Of a DNA stretch of 6,946 nt, positions 1 through 6,457 are shown piece by piece. The notes beneath the pieces were generated by a model. It did no database searches and was not told the origin of the DNA. It worked only from the letters and a program-made list of their open reading frames with translations. A program made the translations under genes and the position numbers. Position 1 is the first letter of the stretch. Each line of letters opens with the position of its first letter. This DNA is from Candidatus Hermodarchaeota archaeon (GTDB taxonomy: Archaea; Asgardarchaeota; Heimdallarchaeia; Hodarchaeales; Hodarchaeaceae), in NCBI GenBank assembly GCA_048886185.1, contig JBHLKY010000058.1, positions 1 to 6,946 on the forward strand, read 5' to 3'.

Positions 1-3000
1 AAGTTAGAGGCAATAGGTACTAAATTTACTTCACCTTGATGTTTACTTGAGGTATAGGAGTTACCCGAAGTATCATTAACAATGATTTCAAATAAAATCG
101 TACCTGCATTCATTTGAAGAGTGTCATTAATGTACCCTGAAATTGTAGGTTTCATTATCGCAGTCAAGTCATTACGTGCTATTCCAGCACATTGTGTTAC
201 ATTGACAAGTATGGTGTCTATTTCTCCCCATGAATCAGTCACATTAGCATTAAAAGTGCCAAAATAACCGATATTGCGATAATATTCCCAATCTAGCACA
301 TTAGGAAAAACTGTATCGTAATTGAAAGTTATATTTTTTACAATTGACCCCTCAGTTAAGTAATTACCTGCAGAATCTGTTGTATTATAAATCTGATAAC
401 AAAAGAAGTCGTTAAAATTAATCGTTGAAGGTTGGTAAACCCAGAGACCCGTTTCATTTAATATCATATTCTTTAATGTTTCATTTAAGTTAAGCGTGAC
501 GCTCTCAACATTAGAACTACTATCAGAGATATTTGCCCAGAATTGAGGAAATCCATTTCCAGGATCATCAACACCAAAATCATGGATAACAGGAGGCATA
601 TAGTCAGGAGGGGGAAAACTGATGATCTGCCAACATTCTTCATGTTGATCTGTGTTATCTGTAATTCCAAGATATTGCGTACTAGTCCATTGAGATCCTG
701 AAATCAATCTTGGAAGGTTCTTTTGGCGAGGAAAAGATAATCCAGTACCCCTTGTTGATGAACTTCTAATAATTAGTGTTCGATCAGGATCAACCTGATC
801 AGGAATATCATTTATTAAAGTATTTATGCCAGAGTTAAGTGGATCCCAATTATAATCCCCTCGTTGGACATAAACTCCTTCCTCTGGAGGATGTTCAACC
901 ACATACCAACGAATGCGGTTTTTATATGAAGAACTATCATATCGTCCAAAGGTGACTTCATTTGTGTCAGTTATCTGACCATATATGGAAGTTTGTTGTA
1001 ATCCGTTATCTGTGCAGTCATACGTGAAATAAACCCAGCTAGAGCTCATGTTAATTATAGGGTCATTAGGATTCCCAGTAGCAGCAATTAAATCAGTCAC
1101 CTGTATTGTGGAAGTAACTTCTACTTCTCCACTATAAACACTGTATTTTGAGGGCCACTCTATAACTTGAAATCTGATTATGGCATCGGTGCTAGTAGCA
1201 GCTTCAGCTCTTTCCGCAATAACTGTTGTTGAATTCTGAAGCTCCACAGTCATAAAACCATCTTTGGTATCTTGTTGAGTGGCCGAAGATTCATTTACTC
1301 TACTATGTCCTATTACTATTGATCTCGAAGGATCAACCATAGAAACTGAAGCTATATTACTAGTTTGACCCGTTTCAATACTAATTGATCCTCGCTGAAC
1401 AAAAATTTCAGGACTCTCAACAATCCACCATGAAACATAAATGTTTGGATCTTCAACGACTCTGTCAAATTTTATTTGAGTTGGTGAACTGATATAACCA
1501 CTGACCTGATGCTCGCGGGGATGGCTAGCAGAGCCGCATCCTGCATAGTACATTATTAGAAAGGCCTGACTTGGGTCAACAGTTCCTCCAATATCTTGAA
1601 TAGATTCAATTCCATTTATAAACTGAAAAGAACCATGATAAGTTCTGAAACCAGTTGTACTAGCTCCAAAATATTCCTCTTCTTTCTTTATAGAGTAAAA
1701 ACTCATAGGATCATACTGGTTATTGTACTCTGTTATGATCCAGTTGAGGGGGCGTGAAACACTAGAAATTCGAACTTCGTCAATTATTCCATTGAACCAT
1801 GCTTGACCATTTCCCAATTGCCCAGTATCAACATTTCCACCCCCAATATTCCAATCAGTATTCCAACCAAGATTTGTACTATTACCATTACTCCAATCTA
1901 TTGAGTTTGTATCGTCTAATCCATTGATGTAAATCTTATTGTTTGCCAAATTATTAGTGTCTAATACACATGTGAAGTAATACCAAATGCTAGCAGACCA
2001 CGTTCTTGTTTCTGTCCACTTATACATCGTATCTCCATTTTCAATCTTAAATACAAGAGCACCATCTTCACCTTGATTATAATCTGTCCCAGTAAGGATG
2101 ATTGCCATATTTTGTTCATCTGTCATAAATTTTTCTAACAGAAGAGTTGACGTTGAGGAAGAGCTAGAATGACCGCTCTTAAGCTTAAACCATCCCGAAA
2201 TAGTCACATTTGTACTTGGATTAAGAGAGAAATTTGGAGGAATGTTTATTTCATCATTAACTCCATCAAAATATTGTCCATCACAAATTTTGCCCAAGGA
2301 ATCATTATTCCCATCTTGAATGCCATGAATATGGTTTATGGTTGAATCATAATGGGTTGCCCCAGAATTTTCATCCGTCACAGATTCATTTACGTGCAAA
2401 ACTGTAAGATAATTAGAATCCCAGACACCTGTAGGATTTTCTTGGTTTCCGATATTATGATTTCCGTAATACATCGAAATAGTGGTATTAATCGTACTTG
2501 ATAAGTTGGGAATTCTGACCCACGCTACTAGATGGGCATGAGTGGAGTTATGTATTTGATTGAAGTACTCTAATTCGTGATCGAGCTTCATACCAGCTAT
2601 ATCAGTAAATAGAATATCATCACCATCTGCCTGTACATCTAAATGCAGATCGCTATCATATAAATCTATAAGTACTGGAAAATCTTGTAAGTCTGCAGCA
2701 ACTTTCATTGAGTTTATTGTAATATTTTTTCGATATCGAAATAAATTTTCTCCCCAACTATCTCCAACTTTAACTGACGATTTTACAATAAAACCCTGCT
2801 GATCACGTAATTCATTAGGATCATTATTTGACTCTGGATGGGATAACTGATAATTATTCCAGTCTCTCTTCACATCTTCATTCTCTTTATCAAGAAAATT
2901 ATGCGTGGTAACATTACTTATTAAACGTGGGAGTTCTTTAAAATTTTCTTTCGCTTCAAGAATTTCATCATTCTGAAGTTGGAAGGTGGGAATGATGACA

Positions 3001-3056
3001 TTTATAAAAATAACCACATATATTGAGTATGATATAAACCGTGAAGGCACCCTCAA
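1..3056 (-). CDS. Large secreted/cell-surface protein (DUF2341 + LamG-like + four novel beta-repeats + Ig-like repeats); 3'-partial, runs off the left edge
   Basis: Manual translation of the minus frame shows no stop from 3137 to base 3 (upstream in-frame TAA at 3138-3140). Likely start is TTG 3056 (GTG 3050 alternative), preceded by GGAAGAG at 3065-3071. Begins MRVPSRFISYSIYVVIFINVIIPTFQ and ends in the window at ...HQGEVNLVPIASN. At least 1018 codons. Confidence 0.95.
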   Translation of the reverse strand, partial: MRVPSRFISYSIYVVIFINVIIPTFQLQNDEILEAKENFKELPRLISNVTTHNFLDKENEDVKRDWNNYQLSHPESNNDPNELRDQQGFIVKSSVKVGDSWGENLFRYRKNITINSMKVAADLQDFPVLIDLYDSDLHLDVQADGDDILFTDIAGMKLDHELEYFNQIHNSTHAHLVAWVRIPNLSSTINTTISMYYGNHNIGNQENPTGVWDSNYLTVLHVNESVTDENSGATHYDSTINHIHGIQDGNNDSLGKICDGQYFDGVNDEINIPPNFSLNPSTNVTISGWFKLKSGHSSSSSTSTLLLEKFMTDEQNMAIILTGTDYNQGEDGALVFKIENGDTMYKWTETRTWSASIWYYFTCVLDTNNLANNKIYINGLDDTNSIDWSNGNSTNLGWNTDWNIGGGNVDTGQLGNGQAWFNGIIDEVRISSVSRPLNWIITEYNNQYDPMSFYSIKKEEEYFGASTTGFRTYHGSFQFINGIESIQDIGGTVDPSQAFLIMYYAGCGSASHPREHQVSGYISSPTQIKFDRVVEDPNIYVSWWIVESPEIFVQRGSISIETGQTSNIASVSMVDPSRSIVIGHSRVNESSATQQDTKDGFMTVELQNSTTVIAERAEAATSTDAIIRFQVIEWPSKYSVYSGEVEVTSTIQVTDLIAATGNPNDPIINMSSSWVYFTYDCTDNGLQQTSIYGQITDTNEVTFGRYDSSSYKNRIRWYVVEHPPEEGVYVQRGDYNWDPLNSGINTLINDIPDQVDPDRTLIIRSSSTRGTGLSFPRQKNLPRLISGSQWTSTQYLGITDNTDQHEECWQIISFPPPDYMPPVIHDFGVDDPGNGFPQFWANISDSSSNVESVTLNLNETLKNMILNETGLWVYQPSTINFNDFFCYQIYNTTDSAGNYLTEGSIVKNITFNYDTVFPNVLDWEYYRNIGYFGTFNANVTDSWGEIDTILVNVTQCAGIARNDLTAIMKPTISGYINDTLQMNAGTILFEIIVNDTSGNSYTSSKHQGEVNLVPIASN
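3..605 (-). repeat. Two Ig-like (Big-type) repeats of the surface protein
   Basis: DYMPPVI...FWANISD...VESVTL...TDSAGN followed by DTVFPNV...FNANVTD...IDTILV...NDTSGN, the D-x-x-(P)P-x-(I/V)...A-N-(I/V)-x-D...D-x-x-G-N pattern typical of archaeal surface Ig-like repeats. Confidence 0.7.
606..1652 (-). repeat. Four tandem diverged protein repeats (~82-91 aa; R1 1407-1652, R2 1146-1406, R3 879-1145, R4 606-878), possibly H-type-lectin/gp53-like beta-sandwiches
   Basis: Each unit starts with (Y.G or VQRG), has a central VDP/INM + hydrophobic strand, and ends with W/F-x-(I/V)-(V/I)-(E/S)-x-P: SWWIVESP, RFQVIEWP, RWYVVEHP, CWQIISFP. The fold assignment is inference only. Confidence 0.7.
1716..2411 (-). 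other. LamG / concanavalin A-like lectin-glucanase domain
   Basis: YLTVLHVNE...GQYFDGVNDEI...VTISGWFK...WYYFTCV...KIYING...WNIGG...FNGIIDEVRISSVSR..NWIITEYNNQ, the standard LamG_3 signature that follows DUF2341. Confidence 0.9.
2457..2756 (-). other. DUF2341-type domain
   Basis: W..(x)..FRYRKNITI...DLQDFPVLI...DGDDILFTD...KLDHELE...LVAWVRIPNLSSTINTTISMYYGN matches the DUF2341 motif pattern as I recall it. Confidence 0.85.
2979..3056 (-). other. N-terminal signal peptide / membrane anchor of the large protein
   Basis: Basic N-terminus (MRVPSR) followed by a hydrophobic stretch FISYSIYVVIFINVIIPTF, then a hydrophilic spacer of about 70 aa. Confidence 0.7.
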
Positions 3057-3141
3057 GTTATAATCTCTTCCATTTATCTCTATTATTAAAGATTTATGGA
3101 TCGAAACTTTGTAGAATCTGACTTCCCCTGTAGAAATTTAA

Positions 3142-3180
3142 ATACTGAGTCCTCGGGCTTATCATAATGAGGACTAGTAT
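3142..3180. other. 12-bp stem-loop (ATACT-g-AGTCCTC / GAGGACT-AGTAT, 14-nt loop)
   Basis: Direct inspection: 3142-3146 pairs with 3176-3180, 3148-3154 pairs with 3169-3175, G3147 is bulged. Function unknown. Confidence 0.6.
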
Positions 3181-3336
3181 GTTAAATTAAAATCATCGAA
3201 TATTAGAGAGTTTACTGGTGAAAGTGAATGGCTAGCTGAATTAAGTTAACGTAGGGTTACCATCCGGTGTCGCTAATTATATACCTTTCCAAATAAAATT
3301 TCAGCCTATGGGCTTCATTTGACATTATTAGGATGG

Positions 3337-3359
3337 GTGCGTTTGCGCGCATGTTTTTT
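3337..3359 (+). terminator. Possible intrinsic terminator-like element (GC hairpin + T6)
   Basis: GTGCG-tttg-CGCGC (5 bp including one G-U pair) followed by atgTTTTTT. No plus-strand CDS lies upstream, so this is tentative. Confidence 0.3.
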
Positions 3360-3610
3360 GAGGGATTTAATACAATTTACTAAAATTAATATCAGAAAAA
3401 AAGAGAAATAAAGATTGTTGAAAAGATTTTCAGTATTTTCTATTACACTAGAATATCAAACCAACAATTTAGAATTATCAGCATCAGAGCTGTCTGGGTA
3501 ACAAATGCAAAAACATATCAGAATTCTTTATTATTTTACTAGCTTGAAAATATTTCTTATAATTCTGTTTTTTTTACTTCATATTGCCATATCTTGTGAT
3601 CCTAGTTCAA

Positions 3611-3991
3611 TCAAATTGATTTATACTGACCACTTAAGATTTGTTCGATTCGTTGTTGTTTTCCTCTTGCCAAGATGTTAATAATTCGTCCAATCTCTGG
3701 TTTACTTGGAAATTCATGGATCACCAATTGATAATGTTGTAAAATCGAAAAAATGACCCAATGGATTTCTGACATCTTCTTGGTCAAGATATCGCTCTCG
3801 CTTTTAAAAGCATCAAGAACTCGACCTAATTCTGCATGGGTTATTTCAGCTTTTGGAATTCCTAATTGTGCAGTAATTTGTGTAAGTAACTCCTCTAAGT
3901 CCGATATTTTTATAAGCGTAAATTCATCTGGTATGGCAATAATGTAACTTGAAGAGGATTTTTTTCGTATTATGTCATCACTTATTTTCAT
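3611..3991 (-). CDS. Hypothetical protein, 126 aa, predicted alpha-helical, soluble
   Basis: ATG start with strong RBS AGGAGTGA (3998-4005) 6 nt upstream, amphipathic helical periodicity, no recognisable family motif. Confidence 0.85.
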   Translation of the reverse strand: MKISDDIIRKKSSSSYIIAIPDEFTLIKISDLEELLTQITAQLGIPKAEITHAELGRVLDAFKSESDILTKKMSEIHWVIFSILQHYQLVIHEFPSKPEIGRIINILARGKQQRIEQILSGQYKSI

Positions 3992-3997
3992 GTAAGT

Positions 3998-4005
3998 TCA
4001 CTCCT
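3998..4005 (-). promoter_or_regulatory. Shine-Dalgarno site of the 3611-3991 gene
   Basis: Minus strand reads AGGAGTGA-acttac-ATG. Confidence 0.75.
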
Positions 4006-4313
4006 GGAGATATTTCAAATACCACTTCATATCTGTTAAAAAACTAGGGCTTGTTTCAGGAACTAAATCACTATTTTTAAAAAATAAAATTCATTATTAA
4101 AATATATATTTGAAAGAGATATCCTTATTTTTATCTTACTGAAAACCAGAGGAAGATAATTCAATAATTCTTTTTAGAAAATCCTTTTGTTTTAAATAAT
4201 GTGGAGTTTGGTTACCACTTAAGTATAATTGATTCCTACTTCATTTAAAGAAACAAAAGGAGAGTATTTCTGTTCTACCAGGAGATCAGTCAATATTTCA
4301 TAGTAGGGACAAT

Positions 4314-4997
4314 TTGATATTACTATCGTTTAAATGGTTAGTTTTAAGAGAGGTTTGTTTCCAAAAGAACAATCGACATCTTGGAACAACATGTTGGAAG
4401 TGCATTCCGATTAGCCCCGTATGTAAAAAGTGTAAAAATTATGTTATGAGTTTCCCCTGTTCACATTGTGGTGGTGAGGAATCCCTTGCAGATCGGAAAT
4501 CTGACGATTTCAAACCCATTGTACCTATCGATCTTCAAGGGGATTTTGCGCAGCCACCAGAATTTAATCCAAATCCTTCTTCAACTTCCATCCCCCTTTC
4601 TACCGAATTGAAAACAAAACCCATTTCAGAACCTACCTCAAAAGGATTGTCAGAGGCCTTTTCAACATCACCTATTGTCTCTTCTTCAGAATTAGATGTT
4701 GAACCAAGCATTCTAGAGGGGCCACCTCACGTCCCTACTCCCTTAAAAGGTCCTCCTATGAAAGAGGCTCAAAATATCAGTCGTGTTGTAGAAAGGATGG
4801 TTACCAAGACCGAAGACACTGATTATAGAAGTTTTGTTAAACAACGATTATTAGAAATAGAAACAGCTATTCAGAGCATCCAGACTGATATACAATCGTT
4901 AATAGAAGGCCAAAAACACATAGAAAACATGTTAATAGAAAAAGAAGAACAGGAACCAGAACAAGAATCACAAAAAAAGAAACGTTGGAGAAAATAG
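4314..4997 (+). CDS. Hypothetical protein: N-terminal Zn ribbon (CKKC-x8-CSHC), Pro/Ser-rich linker, C-terminal coiled coil, acidic-then-basic tail; start uncertain
   Basis: PVCKKCKNYVMSFPCSHCGG, low-complexity P/S/T region, heptad LLEIETAIQSIQTDIQSLIEGQKHIENML, ends KKKRWRK*. The only in-frame NTG before the first CxxC is TTG 4314; the first ATG (4446) lies inside the zinc ribbon. Confidence 0.85.
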   Translation: MILLSFKWLVLREVCFQKNNRHLGTTCWKCIPISPVCKKCKNYVMSFPCSHCGGEESLADRKSDDFKPIVPIDLQGDFAQPPEFNPNPSSTSIPLSTELKTKPISEPTSKGLSEAFSTSPIVSSSELDVEPSILEGPPHVPTPLKGPPMKEAQNISRVVERMVTKTEDTDYRSFVKQRLLEIETAIQSIQTDIQSLIEGQKHIENMLIEKEEQEPEQESQKKKRWRK

Positions 4998-5268
4998 GTT
5001 GAAACTTAAACCATCAGATCTTCGTCAATTACATTATCCCTTTCTATTATAAATTCGGTTTTTCTCCCTCTTTAGAATATTAATGATGATAACTGGATTC
5101 TTCCTAAATAGCACATTATGAATAAAGATCTAGGAAAAAAGATTCAGATTTCTGTAAGGAATCGACTAAAAACACCAGTTATTGGATTCCTTAATGCATA
5201 CTTTCTTTCAAAAGTAAGCATGAATCACTTTAAAGACCACATATTATTTTGGAACTGGTGTCATTCAA

Positions 5269-6219
5269 GTGAGAAGTATTTGGAAACCCGAAATTTGCCA
5301 CGGAATAGCTCCTTCTAGATTTGAAGGCTGGTACTATAAGCTGGTTCATCAGAATAGAGAGGCTGCGATAGCTATTATTCCTGGTTTTTCATCAGCCCAT
5401 CCTAGTCAAGCGTTTATACAAATCTTCAACGGGATTACAGGGGATTATCAATACAACAAATTTAGTTTGAATGACTTTCGATATACCAAGAATAAATTTG
5501 AAGTCTTTATAGCTAAAAATTATTTTTCTACTAATATGATTAAATTGGATTTGAGTACACAAGACCAAGTGGTAAAAGGGGAACTCATTTTTAAAAATCA
5601 AGTGCCTTGGCCAATAAAATTCCTCTCCCCAGGAGCAATGGGTCCTTTTGCTTTTTTACCACGTATGGAATGCTCCCACGCTGTTTTAAGCTTTGATAAC
5701 GAGATTTATGGAAATTTGAGCGTTAATGGAGAGGAAGTTTCTTTTGATCATGGAAGAGGGTATATAGAAAAGGATTGGGGAAGTTCCTTTCCTAGTGGAT
5801 ATGTCTGGATGCAATCTAATCATTTCCCCGAACAACGGGTTTCGTTTATGGCATCTATCGCAAGAATTCCTTATTTAGGAAGATCTTTCACGGGTTTCTT
5901 GTCAGGTTTCTTATACAAAGACAAATTATACTTATTCTCTACCTATAACCGGTCAAAATTAATGGATTTAACTATTAATAAGAATCAGGTCTCTTTTAAG
6001 CTTGTGAAAAAGAAACAAGTGCTTGAAATCAACGCGATTCAAGCAAAATCTTCTGATCTGAGAAGTCCTATTCAAGGGAAAATGATAGGAAAAGTCCTTG
6101 AAAGTTTAACCTCAACTATACATCTTAGATTCTTTGATCAACAGAAAAATATTGAATTTAATGGAACAGGAAGCTTCAGTGGTATGGAGATAATGGCAAA
6201 AGAAGAGGATTTACAATAA
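5269..6219 (+). CDS. Tocopherol cyclase family protein (VTE1-like, function in this organism unknown)
   Basis: FEGWYYK, IIPG, AFIQI, SPGAMGPFAFLPRMECSHAVLS, GRGYIEKDWGSSFP..YVWMQSNHF and FMASIARIP.LG..F.GF are characteristic of the prokaryotic tocopherol-cyclase family. GTG start. Confidence 0.9.
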   Translation: MRSIWKPEICHGIAPSRFEGWYYKLVHQNREAAIAIIPGFSSAHPSQAFIQIFNGITGDYQYNKFSLNDFRYTKNKFEVFIAKNYFSTNMIKLDLSTQDQVVKGELIFKNQVPWPIKFLSPGAMGPFAFLPRMECSHAVLSFDNEIYGNLSVNGEEVSFDHGRGYIEKDWGSSFPSGYVWMQSNHFPEQRVSFMASIARIPYLGRSFTGFLSGFLYKDKLYLFSTYNRSKLMDLTINKNQVSFKLVKKKQVLEINAIQAKSSDLRSPIQGKMIGKVLESLTSTIHLRFFDQQKNIEFNGTGSFSGMEIMAKEEDLQ

Positions 6220-6286
6220 ATTTTAGAGTAAACTGAATATTAAACTGGATTAAAACATAAATAAGTAAAAAAGAATTTGAAAAAAT

Positions 6287-6323
6287 AAAAGGAAAAGTAA
6301 AGATAGGATTTTCCTTTTTCTTT
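6287..6323. terminator. Inverted repeat between convergent genes, probable (bidirectional) terminator
   Basis: Perfect 10-bp arms AAAAGGAAAA (6287-6296) and TTTTCCTTTT (6309-6318), followed by tcttt and preceded by A-runs. It lies between the + gene ending at 6219 and the - gene ending at 6458. Confidence 0.55.
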
Positions 6324-6457
6324 GATGAATTAAATATTTTTCCTAATAGAATCTCAAAAGAACGGTAATGGCTCCTCTAGATTCTGGATGATTTTTAAGC
6401 AGCTAATCATGGATCCTTATTAGATCTTTGAAGCTGAAAAATATATTAAATTCTCAT

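Noticed and set aside
485-670. 61-aa minus-strand ORF from the track
   Set aside because: It lies in a different frame wholly inside the 1018+ aa CDS, which has clear domain signatures there.
3142-3180. Resemblance of CTGA-GTCC...GGAC to a hammerhead core, and of the hairpin to a SECIS element
   Set aside because: It lacks the full CUGANGA and GAAA catalytic core, and the tandem GA kink-turn quartet. No credible in-frame UGA selenoprotein is nearby; read-through of the TGA at 3611-3613 adds only two further residues.
3217-3277. Fragments reminiscent of the c-di-AMP (ydaO) riboswitch (GGTGAA, GCTGAAT, GTAGGG, GTCGCTAA)
   Set aside because: The motif order is wrong, the GGGGGACC/CCCG pairing is absent, and no gene lies downstream on that strand.
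3257-3352. 31-aa minus-strand ORF MRANAPILIMSNEAHRLKFYLERYIISDTGW
   Set aside because: It has no RBS or motif and its length is within chance. It is retained only as a possible leader peptide if the region proves to be a 5' leader.
3505-3681. 58-aa hydrophobic plus-strand ORF (MQKHIRILYYF...IAISCDP) resembling a lipoprotein signal
   Set aside because: T-rich intergenic DNA produces F/L/I runs by chance. It has no RBS, a poor lipobox, and overlaps the 3611 gene antisense.
3753-3947. 64-aa plus-strand ORF
   Set aside because: It is an antisense shadow of the 3611-3991 gene, which has the strong RBS; it has no motif.
3998-4030. 10-aa upstream ORF MKWYLKYLQE whose stop overlaps the RBS of the 3611-3991 gene
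   Set aside because: It has no RBS of its own and is compatible with chance.
4851-4934. SNARE-like reading of the coiled coil (core Gln)
   Set aside because: It is only about 28 aa, half a SNARE motif, and has no C-terminal TM helix.
5118-5318. 66-aa plus-strand ORF
   Set aside because: It has no RBS or motif, overlaps the start of the cyclase-family gene out of frame, and spans an AT-rich hairpin region.
5392-5601. 69-aa minus-strand ORF
   Set aside because: It is antisense within the well-supported tocopherol-cyclase-family CDS.
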